A stretch of DNA of 64,000 bases from Octopus vulgaris (GCA_951406725.2 OX597828.1:1178001-1242000); one strand, 5' to 3'; counted from the stretch's first letter, positions 25,930 through 40,603 are shown. The notes: generated by a model not told the origin, from the letters alone. Translations and numbers: made by a program.

Positions 25930-28900
25930 AGCCATAGGGCGCCTGTGTCATCCATGTTTTTAACCGTTACCGGTCGCACATTGGCGCACTTGATGCCATC
26001 TTTGAGAACGAGCGGGGCAAAGATGGCAAGAATGGAGACGATGAAAGCAGTCACCCCCACCTGGTGGACGCCCCCCGGGAGGAGGTTTTGAGTGAGAAAC
26101 CTGCCCGGGAAGTGAACCCAGGTGCAAGTTCTCCAACCGGCAGCAAGGGCCATGGAGACGGAGAACCCGGGGAAGAGGTAGAGGGAGGAAGAAGAACTAA
26201 AAGCAGGACCAAAGGGTGAAACAACCAGGAATGGAAGTGGAACCGCAAAGGATGGAAACAAGCAGCACACACTGGGTGTGTAGGTTCTACCTGAGAGGTA
26301 CCTGCTGGCATGGAAAGGAAGGTGCAGGCTGCCGCTTTGCACATCGGGGACCCTGCCGCAGAGACACGAGGCAGATGGACAAGCCATCAACACAAGGAAA
26401 GGGGAAGGTCCACGCACCACCTGCCCCAAAGCGGAGGTACGCAGATGTTGTGCGTGCCACAAACCGCAAACATGATGTTGTTGAAAGGGCAGCTGCTGAG
26501 CAGCAATCTTTTTGTGCATGGCACAAAAGATTGTACAGCAGCTGACCTGGCTTCATCAAACCCAAGCCCGCAGGTGGGACTACCCACCATATACAAGACT
26601 ACCACAGCAAACAGACCCAGGATGGACACTGCCGGCAACAACATACACCTCACCTCGATGCTCCTACTGAACATCAGAGGGCTGCAAACACTCAGTAACA
26701 GGACAAAGATCCCGTTCTTGAGAGACTTTGTTGCATGCAATCAAGCCTTATGCATTGCACTTACAGAAACGCACCTGAAACCGGACATAGCAGATGTGGA
26801 GTTACACATACCACAGTATGTTGTACTACGGACCGACAGAAAAGAAAGGAGTCATGGAGGAGTAGCTATGTACATCCGTGAGGACCTCACACCCCAGGTC
26901 CTCTTGTCATATTCAAACTCGGTGTGTGACACACTAATTGTACATATAAGGCAACTTGATGTAGTTGTGTGTGCTACATATTGCCCTCCAGATGCCCCAA
27001 GCCATGTGGGCAAGTTTGAAGACTGCCTTATAAAAATAGAAGAAGTTCTAATCACATTAGAACAACACATAAGTGTACTTCTTATGGGAGACTTCAATCT
27101 ACCCAATGTCAGATGGCCCGAGGGCCTTTCTCTCCCAGGAATGACAAGATGTGAACGACGACAGGCGAGGTCCCTCCTGAACCTCATCAACACCCTGTAC
27201 ATGGAGCAAGTAATACTCCAACCAACCAGGGCAGGTAACACACTGGATCTCTGCTTCACAAATAATATGGATCTCATCCATAATGTGAAAGTGACACCGA
27301 CACTACTCTCGGATCACAACATGGTAGAGCTGACCATGTACGGGCCAAAAGAGAGCATGGACATGCAGCCTACAAGAAACCCTCAGAATCTTTCCAGCTT
27401 GAACTACCATAAGGCAAACTGGAAACAAATTGAGAAAGAGATCCTCAAACAAAACTAGCGTAAATGTCTCTCCTCGCCAGACATCGACGTGAAACTTCAA
27501 CAATTCATGTCTGTAACGCAAGCCATATGCTACAAATGTGTCCCAGAGAGAAAGGCCACTGTACACAAGAACAAAATCCCCAGAGAGAGGAAAATCTTAA
27601 TGAGACGGCGTACAAAAATTTCAAATCGCCTAAACAAACAGATTGAAAGCAGTGAAAAGTCCCGCCTGAAAATAAAACTGTTGGAAATCGAAAAATGTCT
27701 GCAACTCTCCCATGAAAAGGAAAGAGCAGACAAAGAAGCCCGGGCTATAGACAACATAAAATCTAACCCCAGAGCTTTCTACAGGTATGCCAAAGAAACA
27801 GCTACGGTGCACTGTAGCATAGGGCCACTCCTTGAAAAGGATGGCACACTCACAGGAAAACCAATGAGGGTAAGTGAAATACTGAATGAACAATTCAAGA
27901 GTGTTTTCACTCCACCCCTTGGGCATTTCCAAATCACCAATCCAACTGACTTCTTTACCACTGCAGATATAAAATCAGAGGCGGCGACGATAAATTACAT
28001 CGATATAAAGGAAGACGATGTAATAAAGGCCATAGATGAAATGAAAACAGAATCAGCTATTGGCCCCGATGAATTCCCGGCAATCCTAAAAGTATATAAG
28101 AGAGTCCTAGCAAGACCACTGCAGATCCTCTTTCAGAGCTTCCTAGCAGCTGGCAAACTTCCAAAAAAACTGAAGGAAGGTAAAATATGCCCTATTCATA
28201 AAGGTGGTAGCAGAGCAGAGGCCAAGAACTACAGACCTATCTCTCTCACACATCAGCAAGGTCATGGAACGAATAGTCAGAAGGAAACTAATCACCTTCC
28301 TTGAAGAAAATGACTTGCTGCCTGACACCCAACATGGTTTCCGACCAGGAAGAAGCTGTTTAACTCAACTCCTACAACACTATGACTGGGTGCTGAAACA
28401 ACTGCTCAACCACTCAAATGTGGAAGTCATATATCTCGACTTTGCAAAGGCCTTTGATAAAGTCGATCATGGAATGATATGTCACAAACTGCGTGATCTT
28501 GGCATAGTTGGAAAATTGGGAGAATGGCTTCATGACTTTCTGAAGAATAGAAGTCAGGTGGTAGCAGCCAATGGGGCCACTTCCATTAACACACAAACAG
28601 TGAGCGGTGTTCCGCAGGGCACTGTTTTGGGACCACTACTGTTCATAATAGCCCTCTCAGACATGCCCTCAGACACGCAGAGAGCCACGATCACAAGTTA
28701 TGCAGATGCTCCAAAAGTTTCACAGGCAATACAGAACCCTGAAGACACTAAGCACCTGCAATGTGAGCTGGACGAAATATACAAGTGGGCTGAAAAGAAT
28801 AGCATGCAGTTCAATGCTGAAAAGTTTCAAGCTTTATACTATCAGCATGCAAAACTAAATGCAATACCCAATGAATACATTGGACCCGGAGAAATAGCAA

Positions 28901-29697
28901 TCCCAGAGGCACAATCAGTGCGTGACCTGGGTATTTACATGAGCGATGACGCAACCTTTCGTGTTCATGTTGCTAAATTGGCAATGAAATGTAGACGACT
29001 GGCCGGACGGATTCTCAGAACCTTTAGAACAAGAGAACAAGAAACCATGATGGTCCTCTGGAGGACACTTGTCCTAAGCCACTTGTGACTAAGCTCTCAG
29101 TTATGGTCACCATCCAGTGTCAAGTTGATCACAGAGCTCGAGGTGATCCAGCGTAGCTACACGAAGAAGATAGCCTCTATGCAGAATGTAAGCTACTGGG
29201 AAAGAGTCGAGATTAAAACTATATTCCTTGGAGCGTAGGCAGGAAAGATATGCCATAATATACATCTGGAAGATCCTGGAGGGACGTGTCCCAAACTTTG
29301 GCATCGCGAGTTACACAAATGCCAGAACTGGACGCCACTGCGTGGTGCCTAGGACTCCAAATTTGCCATCAAGATGTAGGACAAGATACTGTGATAGCCT
29401 GGGCTTCCGTGGCCCACAACTCTTCAATATCCTCCCGAAGATCCTGAGAGACCTGCATGGGGTGGATGCAGGTGTCTTTAAAATGGAACTGGATCTCTTC
29501 CTGTCAGGTGTCCCAGATGAACCAACTTCAGGGCAGGAGGGGCAGATGAGGGCAGCTGCATCGAACTCTCTCATGCACCAAATAGCAGTTGCTAAAAAGC
29601 TTTCGTGAAGCAAAACCAAGTAGCAACACCAAATGGCGGTGCCCCAGCATGGTCACAGCTCATGAGCTGAAACTAGAATCAATCAATCAATCAATCA
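25930..29697 (+). mobile_element. CR1-like LINE, near full length, frameshifted
   Basis: ORF1 remnant with CCCH finger CRFYLRGTCWHGKEGAGCRFAH. APE (LNIRGL, LTETHL, GGVAMY, GDFNLP, LDL, SDH) and RT (QHGFRPGRSCLTQL, YLDFAKAFDKV, GVPQGTVLGP, YADA). (AATC)n tail. Confidence 0.92.
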
Positions 29698-31500
<1,803 letters not shown>

Positions 31501-32173
31501 GCCGGTTCGCGCACGCATGCGCGCCGCATGCACCTCGCCCTTGGACCCGACGAGACCTCCCGCCCGTTCCTGGGATGTCGCTTGTCGTTGGGTTTTCCCA
31601 CGCCCGTCTCCGCGGGACCACTCTTCCATCTTCCCCTCCGCTGGAGTCCTTTTCCTTAAACCCCCCCCTTTTCGTTACACACACGCGCACACATACACAC
31701 ACATTGCTTCTTACACACATTCAATCTACTCGCCATTAATACTACCACGACACTGGACACACACACACACTACTACCCAACACACGCTGGCACGCTACAT
31801 ACGCCCCCACCCCCTTCCCCTCCCTCCCTTCCTCCTTCCTCCCTTTTCTTACTACTGACCTTTGTCTGCTATGCTGACCACCGTCTCGCCCTACCTCACA
31901 CGCCTACACACAGACGCACACACTAACACATACATATATTTTTTGTTTTTATTTCGCCTCACACACACACATACACACACGCACACACTCACACACATAC
32001 ACACACATCTGTTGCGTTACCAACCTTGTCTCCACTCTTTTGCCTTTAAAAACCCACTTTGCTCTTGTTATCGTAAACATCCGCCTTTCACCATGTGTAA
32101 CTCCTAACACCAGTCGTTTTTCTCTATCTCCGTGGCCCGCTCTGGGATCTTTCTTTCCTCTCTCTTCCTTCTT

Positions 32174-32212
32174 TATGTTTCCGACGAAGAGCTCCGCTCG
32201 AAACGTCATACC
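32174..32212 (+). ncRNA. Degenerate minimal hammerhead-like motif in a Penelope-type terminal repeat
   Basis: CCGACGA-A-GAGC-TCC-GCTC-GAAA-CG-TCA. The downstream TTTCCTGAGCGCC.ATAAT end recurs inverted at ~32660-32722. Confidence 0.55.
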
Positions 32213-32291
32213 TCCCTGCTTCCATTTCCTGAGCGCCTATAATATACTGTAATTGTTCCATTGTTGTTGTTTTTTGTTTCCCGTTTGGATT

Positions 32292-32330
<39 letters not shown>

Positions 32331-32627
32331 TGGGGGACACTTGGGGGTCTAGATCGGACACCTTCTGCCCGATCTCAATCAAATTTCCAACATGGTAAAG
32401 TGGAAGCAGATTTGTCATTCAAACGTGGAAATCTAATTTTTTATAAATAGGAGAGAGAAAGATAAAGAGTAAGAGAAAGCAAAGGAGAGTCCAAAAGAAA
32501 AGAAGAGTAAGAGAGTGAGAAAGGAGAGAAACAAAGAGGGAGAATGTGGCGATAAGAAACAGAAAGGAAGCAACAGAAAGTAACAACCACACCCTCACCC
32601 GCGCGTAGAGCGGTACACCTTAAGCTA

Positions 32628-32663
<36 letters not shown>

Positions 32664-32719
32664 CAAAAGACGAAGGCAGGTGGAAAACAAACGAACAATT
32701 GTATTATATGGCGCTCAGG

Positions 32720-32766
<47 letters not shown>

Positions 32767-32882
32767 TTCAGAAAAATGGCCCCCTAAGACTTTAACTTTC
32801 AACTTGCTTCATTCATATTTTTAAGCGTTCCTATGAATTATATTCAAACTCGTTGTTCCTACGAATTATATTCAAACTCGTT

Positions 32883-35800
32883 CATCATCATCATCATTTA
32901 GCGTCCGCTTTCCATGCTAGCATGGGTTGGACGGGTCAACTGGGGTCTGTGAAGCTGGAAGGCTTCGTCAGGCCCAGTCAGATCTGGCAGTGTTTCTACG
33001 GCTGGATGCCCTTCCTAACGCCAACCACTCCACGAGTGTAGTGGGTGTTTTTTACGTGCCACCTGCACAGGTGCCAGACAGAGCTGGCAAACGGCCACGA
33101 ACGGATGGTGCTTTTACGTGTCACCGGCACGGGGCCAGGCGATGCTGGCAATGGACACGAACGGATGGTGCTTTTACGTGCCACCGACACGGGGCCAGAC
33201 AGGGCTGGCAAACGGCCACGAACGGACGGTGCTTTTATGTGTCACCGGCACGGGGCCAGACAGAGCTGGCAAACGGCCACGAAGAGGCGGTGCTTTTACG
33301 TGTCACCGGCACGGGGGCCAGCTGAGGCTGGCAACAGACATGAACGGATGGTGCTTTTACATGCCACCGACACGGGGCCAGACAGAGCTGGCAAACGGCC
33401 ACGAACGGACGGTGCTTTTACGTGTCACCGATATGGGGCCAGGCGAGGCTGGCAATGAACACGAATGGATGGTGCTTTTACGTGCCACCGACACGGGGGC
33501 CAGACAGAGCTGGCAAACGGCCACGAGCGAATGGTGCTTTTACGTATCACCGACATGGGTGCCAGACGAGGCTGGCAGCGGACACGAAGGGATGGGTCAC
33601 TTAACCCCTGCTTTCTGATATATGATTTGATTTTAATTGTTCTCACTGGTCTTGCCGGGTCTTCTGACGCACAGCATACTTCCATAGGTCTCGGTCTCTG
33701 GTCATTTCCTTGGTGAGACCTAGAGTTCGAAGGTCGTGCTTTACCACCTTGACCCAGGTTTTCCTGGGTCTACCTCTTCCACAAGTCCCCTCAACTGCTA
33801 GGGTGTGGCACTTTGATTCTAAACCTTGCTTTGATTCTAAACCTGAAATTTCTTCTCCAGTTCTGATAGTGACTCAGCAATTAGAGCAAGGTCATCAGCA
33901 TAGAGGAGCTCCCAGGGGCATCCTGTCTTGAATTTCTCCGTTATTGCCTGGAGGACTATGATAAAAAGGAGGGGGCTGAGGACTGAGCCTTGGTGGACCC
34001 CTACCTCTACCCGGAATTCTTCACTGTACTCGTTGCCAACCCTCACCTTACTAGCAGCGTCCCTGTACATGGCTTGCATAGCTCTCACTAACCATTCATC
34101 TATTCCTAGTTTCCTCATTGACCACCAGATAAGGGATCGGGGGACCCTGTCGAAGGCTTTCTCCATGTCAACAAAAGCCAGGTACAGGGGCTTATCTTTG
34201 GCTAGGTATTTCTCCTGCAGCTGCCTTACCAGGAATATAGCATCAGTGGTACTTTTCCCTGGCACGAACCCAAACTGCATCTCATCTAAACTAACACTCT
34301 CTCTAATTAGTTGGCTTATGACCCTCTCCGTAACCTTCATCACCTGATCCAACAGCTTGATACCTCTGTAATTATTTGTATCTAGGGCATCACCTTTACC
34401 TTTGTAGCAGTTGACTATTATGCTGCTACACCAGTCATTGGGTATGACTACTTCATGTATCACCTGATTAACTATACGGGTGACTAGGCTATAGCCGACA
34501 CTACCAGATATTTTGAGCATCTCTGCAGTGATACCTGATGGGCCTGGGGCTTTCCCTGTCTTCATGCTTCTAATTGCCTTAGCTACCAAGGAACTATCAA
34601 CCCTGATAGCTGGTCCCTCTGTTGGGTCAACGTTCGGCAGACTCTCTTTATCCCATTCATTTTCTTTATTCAGCAACCTTTCATAGTGGCGTCTCCAAGC
34701 CTCTCTCTTTGCATCCTCGTTTAGCGCAAGTGAACCATCTTCCATGCGAACACACTTCTCTCCTACCACATCACAATTCTCTCTCACACACTGTCTTGCA
34801 ATGCGAAACACCTCCAGTCTTTGGTCTTCACGGCGCAGAACATTGGCAAATTTTTTCTTATCTGCTTCCCCTCTGGCTAGATAGACCTGTCTCTTAGCTT
34901 CCCTTTTAGCAGTCTGATACAATTCCCTGCTACCACCGTTCTTCCAGTGCTTCCAAGTCTGTCTCTTTTCTCTAATAGCCCTGTCTACAACACTGTTCCA
35001 CCACCACGTTCCCTTGGGACGAGAGGGGACTTTGCACCAGCCACAGATCTGGTCAGTGGCTCTCAGCAGGTTGTCCCTTAGAAACGTCCAGTTGCCCTCT
35101 ACCCCATGTGATACTGTATCCCCTTCTACTTCGTCAAATGCTTCAAGTAGCATGTCTCTAAATCCCTGTCCATTCGCAGGATCTTTAAGCTTCCAGATCC
35201 TTTCTTCTCCATGTTGGTCGTCTTCTTGTTGTCCTCCTAGTCCTGATCCTAAAGTCACTAACTACCAGTCTATGTTGTGGGGTACATTCTTCGCCTGGGA
35301 AGGTTTTGGCATTTATAAGTAGCCATCTCTCCCTTTGCCTGGCAAGGATGTAGTCAATTTGGCTGGTATGTTGGCCCGATCGGTAGGTGACTAGGTGGCT
35401 GGTAGGTTTCCTGAAGTTAGTGTTGCAAATCATAAGATTATTTGCATCGCAGAACTCCAGCAGCCTGGTTCCCTCCTCGTGCGGGAACCAGAGCCATAGC
35501 CTCCATGTACGCCATGGAAGCCCCCAGCATGTCGTCCAACCTGACCATTGAAGTCACCAGCCACAAAGAGAAGGTCCCTGTCGTTCGTCAACGAGGTTGT
35601 CTGGTAGAGTGTCATAGAATCGGTCTTTCTGTCCATTAGGTAGCCTCGACTGAGGAGCATAGGCTGATATAATGGTTGCTAAACTATGATGAAGCGCTAA
35701 TCTAATTTTAAGTATTCTGTCGCATACTCTGATTACCTCAATTACTTTATCTACCCATTTCTCAGCGATAAGTATACCCACGCCTCCAACCCCGTCAGTG

Positions 35801-36704
35801 TTCCCTGCCCAGAAAATCTTGTACCTGTGTTCCTTGCCTGTGAGGAACCTAGCAGAACCTCCTCTCCACCTTACTTCTTGCATGCAACATATATCCACAC
35901 ATCTCCGTTCAAGCATCTCAACTATCTCTCCAGACCTACCTTTCAGTGTGCCAACATTGAGGGGGTGCCAACCCTGAGGGTGTGGGAGGTATGGGCCCTA
36001 GAGACCCTGCGTCGGTGGACAGTAGCTTCATGTACCTGAAAAGAAAGCTCGCATTTGGCAGAATTCATGAGCAAGTAGTACAGTAGCCTTCAATTCAACC
36101 TGCATAACACTACCCATTCATATTTTGCACTGTATGATCATTACCTTACCTAGGTCGAAACTAGGGGTAGGGATGGTGAAAGAGCATTTGCAGTCTTCAA
36201 GGGAAGCAACCCAGGGATGGAAAACAATAGTAACTTCCGGCATGTGTGGAGGGGGCGGGTGGGCGGGTCAACCCCAAACTAGCAAGAGGATTCTGTTAAT
36301 CATGAGAGCAAGAAAGCAGGTTTGAAAAATATCAGAGAAAGTCAAATTTTAGGGGAGACGATGAGTGGCTATGAAACGGGAGCAAATAGGGAGACAAGAC
36401 TAAACGAAAAACATTACATGAATGGTATGTTGAAAACTGAAAGAAAATATGAAGAGAGGGTACTGAAAGGATAATAGAGAAAAATTGAAGAATAATGAAA
36501 GAATAGTGATTATACGTGCAAAGGGTAGGAGAAAGCGAGGTTGAAATAAATCTTAGCTTTAGCCGTTCATGAGCTGTGCGTTTGTAGTGGAGTTGAAAGC
36601 AAGTGGGGTTACCGATTTGCGATCGCTAGTTTATATATGGCGATGGTGGTTATCGAAGACGGGGGCATATAGAAACATAGGGAGAGGGACAGGGTTAGTT
36701 AGAG
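32883..36704 (-). mobile_element. RTE LINE with both ends, internal deletion after RT, minisatellite in 3' UTR
   Basis: APE (CCMQEVRWRG, SAYAPQ, GDFNG, SQIDYIL) and RT ORF 35258-33837. (GAT)n tail at 32883. Flanked on both sides by the same 28-bp tandem repeat. Confidence 0.92.
33040..33590. repeat. ~60-bp GC-rich minisatellite (~9 units) in the RTE 3' UTR
   Basis: Unit approx GGTGCTTTTACGTGTCACCGGCACGGGGCCAGACAGAGCTGGCAAACGGCCACGAACGGAT. Confidence 0.9.
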
Positions 36705-36803
36705 CGTTATTCCTACGAATTATATTCAAACTCGTTGTTCCTACGAATTATATTCAAATTCGTTGTTCCTACGAATTATATTCAAATTATATTCAAACCT
36801 CGT
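36705..36803. repeat. 28-bp tandem repeat (other half at 32827-32882)
   Basis: Unit TTCCTACGAATTATATTCAAACTCGTTG. Confidence 0.9.
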
Positions 36804-36835
36804 TGCTTCGAGGTTCGCCCGCCCTCCCACCCCTC

Positions 36836-36940
36836 CACCAATACCGGAAGTTTCTACACCAATACCGGAAGTTTCTACACCAATACCGGGAGTTTCTGCA
36901 CCAATACCGGAAGTTTCTACCCCAATACCGGAAGTTTCTA
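36836..36940. repeat. 21-bp tandem repeat x5 containing ETS motif CCGGAAGT
   Basis: Unit CACCAATACCGGAAGTTTCTA. Confidence 0.9.
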
Positions 36941-37009
36941 CCCCTGTCTTACTTGACTATCCGAGTATACCCCCACTCGCACCTCTATGTAGGGTTTATT
37001 TGATCATAT

Positions 37010-40000
37010 AGCGCAAAAACTGTGAAATGTATGCAGGTTGTAGTCTAGTGTTTCCATATGAAATCTGCCAAATGCAAGCTTTCTTTTCAGGTACATGACA
37101 CGGCTGTCCCTCATCCCAGGGTCTCAGAGACCCACACCTCCCACACCCTCAGTGTTGGCACATTGAAAGGTAGGTCTGGAGAGATTGTAGAGCTGCTTGA
37201 ACGGAGACGTGTGGATTTATGCTGCATCCAGGAAGTTAGGTGGAGAGGAGGTTCCGCTAGGCTCCTCACAGGCAAGGAACACAGGTACAAGATTTTCTGG
37301 GCAGGGAACACTGACGGGGTCGGGGGCGTGGGTATACTTCTTGCGGAAAAATGGGTAGATAAGGTAATTGAGGTAGTGAGAGTAAGTGACAGAGTACTTA
37401 AAATTAGATTAGTCTTTCACCAGAGTTCAGCTACCATCATCTCGGCATATGCCCCTCAACCAGGTCTACCGGAAGGACAAAAAGACCAATTCTATGACAC
37501 CCTATTGCGGACTACCTCATTGACAAATGACAGTGATCTTCTCTTCGTGGCAGGTGATTTCAATGGACATGTTGGATGGCATATCGGGGGCTTCCATGGC
37601 GTTTATGGAGGCTACGGATTTGGCTCTCGTAATGAGGAGGGAACCAGGCTGCTGGAGTCCTGTGATGCAAATGACCTTATGCTCTGCAATACCAACTTCA
37701 GGAAACCCACCTCTCACCTAGTCACCTACCGTTCTGGCAGACACACTAGCCAGATTGACCACATCCTTGCCAGAAAAAGGGAAAGAGGGCTGTTTATAAA
37801 TGCCAAAACCTTTCCAGGCGAAGAATGTATTCCTCAACATAGATTAGTAGTTAGCGACTTCAGGATCAGAGCTAAATGGTTGCTCAGAAGAAGACCAGCT
37901 TGGAGGAGAAGGGTCTGGAAGCTTAAAGATCCTGCAAATGGACGGAGATTTAGAGACATACTACTCGAAGCCTTTGACGAAATAGAAGGGGATATAGCTT
38001 CACTTAATGTGGAAGACAACTGGAGATTTCTCCGGGACAATCTGCTGACAGCCACTGACCAGATCTGTGGATGGAGCAAAGTACCATCTCGACCCAGAGT
38101 AATGTGGTGGTGGGACACTGTGGTTGACAGGGCTATTAGACAAAAGAGACAGGCTTGGAAGGACTGGAAGAACGGTGGTAGCAGGGAATTGTATCAGACA
38201 GCTAGAAGGGAAGCTAGGAGACAGGTTTATTTAGCCAGAGGGGAAGCGGATAAGAAAAAATTTGCCAATGTTCTGAGCCGTGAGGATGAAAGACTTGAGG
38301 TATGTGTTGCAAGACAGTGTGTGAGAGAGAATCGTGATGTGGTAGGAGAGAAATGTGTCCGCATGGATGATGGTTCACTTGCGCTAAATGAGGATGCAAA
38401 GAGAGAGGTTTGGAGATGCCACTATGAAAGGTTGCCGAATAAAGAAAATGAATGGGATAAAGAGAGTCTGCCGAATGTCAACCCAACAGAGGGACCAGCC
38501 ATCCGAGTTGAAAATTCTTTGGTAGTTAAAGCAATTAGAAGCATGAAGACAGGGAAAGCTCCAGGCCCATCAGGAATTGCTGCAGAGATGCTCAAAATAT
38601 CTGGCAGTGTCGGCTATAACCTAGTCACCCGTATAGTCAACCAGGTGATACACGAAGGAGTCATACCCAATGACTGGTGTAGTAGCATACTAGTCAACTG
38701 CTACAAAGGTAAAGGTGACGCCCTAGATACAAATAATTACAGAGGTATCAAGCTGTTGGATCAGGTGATGAAGGTTACGGAGAGGGTCATGGCCCAACTA
38801 ATTAGAGAGAGAGTTAGTTTAGATGAGATGCAGTTTGGGTTCGTGCCAGGGAAAAGTACCACTGATGCTATATTCCTGGTAAGGCAGCTGCAGGAGAAAT
38901 ACCTAGCCAAAGATAAGCCCCTGTACCTGGCTCTTGTTGACATGGAGAAAGCCTTGGACAGGGTCCCCCGATCCCTTATCTGGTGATCAATGAGGAAACT
39001 AGGGATAGATGAATGGCTGGTGAGGGCTGTGCAAGCCATGTACAGAGATGCCGTAAGTAAGGTTAGGGTTGGCAACATGTACACAGAAGAATTCAAAGTA
39101 GAAGTTGGGGTCCACCAGGGTTCAGTACTCAGCCCCCTCCTATTTATCATAGTCCTCCAGGCAATTACGGAGGAATTCAAGACAGGTTGCCCCTGGGAGC
39201 TCCTCTATGCTGACGACTTTGCTCTAATTGCTGAGTCACTATCAGAACTGGAGAAGAAGTTCCAGGTGTGGAAGGAGGGTTTAGAATCGAGGGGCCTTAG
39301 AGTCAACCTAGCTAAAACCAAAGTACTAATAAGTAGGAAGGTAGACAATCCACAAATGTCTTCAGGAAGATGGCCCTGCTCGATCTGTAGAAAAGGTGTA
39401 GGTAGAAACTCTATAAGATGTACCCAGTGTAAGCTATGGACACATAAGAGTTGCAGCAATGTCAAAGATAGGCTAACTGGGAAGATAGTTTTTGTATGTG
39501 GCAGATGCTCAGGAGCATTATCCTCCGAAAATCTGCAGAAAACAACTTCCGTCACTTTTCAGGGGGAAAAACTAGAAGTAGTTGATAGCTTCCGTTACCT
39601 AGGTGACCAAGTCAGTTGTGGGGGTGGGTGCGTTGAAAGTGTAACTGCTAGAATAAGAATAGCCTGGGCAAAGTTTAGGGAGCTCTTACCTCTGCAGGTA
39701 ACTAAAGGCCTCTCGCTCAGAGTAAAAGGCAGACTGTATGATGCATGTGTACAAACAGCCATGCTACATGGCAGTGAAACATGGGCCGTGACTGCTGAGG
39801 ACATGCGTAAGCTTGCGAGGAATGAAGCTAGTATGCTCCGATGGATGTGTAATGTCGGTGTACATACTCGACAGAGCGTTAGTACCTTGAGAGAAATGTT
39901 GTACCTAAGAAGCATCAGTTGTGGTGTGCAAGAAAGACGATTGCGCTGGTATGGTCATGTGGCGAGAATGGATGAAGATAGGTGTGTGAAAATGTGCCAA

Positions 40001-40503
40001 TCCCTAGCAGTTGAGGGAACCCGTGGAAGAGGTAGAGCCAGGAAAACCTGGGACGAGGTGGTGAAGCACGACCTTCGAACTTTAGGCCTAACTGAGGAAA
40101 TGACCAGCGACTGAGACCTTTGGAAATATTCTGTACGTGAGAAGACCAGGCAGGACAAGTGAGCCCAGCCCACTTATGCATGCCTTTCCTCCCTTGGACC
40201 CAAAGACCTGTTGAGGCAAGCGAAGTCGATATCGAACCTCATCCGATGACAGGCACCCATGCCAACCTCCTTTGCTTGTGAAGACATGTTGGGGCAAGTG
40301 AAATCGACTGGCTTCCTTGCCGGTGGCACATAAAATTCACCCACTACACTCATGGAGTGGTTGGCGTTAGGAAGGGCATCCAGCTGTAGAAACATTGCCA
40401 GATAAGACTGGAGCCTGGTGCAGCCTTCTGGCTTCCTAGATTCCCGGTCAAACCGTCCAACCCATGCTAGCATGGAGAACGGACGTTAAACGATGATGAT
40501 GAT
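37010..40503 (+). mobile_element. Near-intact RTE LINE (APE-RT-PHD-like ORF, 37058 to just past 40114)
   Basis: ORFs 37058-38986 and 38990-40114 are in the same frame, separated by one TGA where paralogues have TGG. A second TGA at 40112 lies near the C-terminus. (GAT)n tail. Confidence 0.95.
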
Positions 40504-40572
40504 ATATATAGTGCGTAATTTAGATGACAGTTTATTCACTGCACCCTGTACGTGTTTATGTACATACATGTT

Positions 40573-40603
<31 letters not shown>

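Noticed and set aside
32927-33716. Repetitive ORFs and a CRISPR-like look
   Set aside because: Contiguous minisatellite without unique spacers, in a eukaryotic LINE 3' UTR; no cas genes.
36705-36940. 28-bp and 21-bp repeats as CRISPR arrays
   Set aside because: No spacers; plain tandem repeats.
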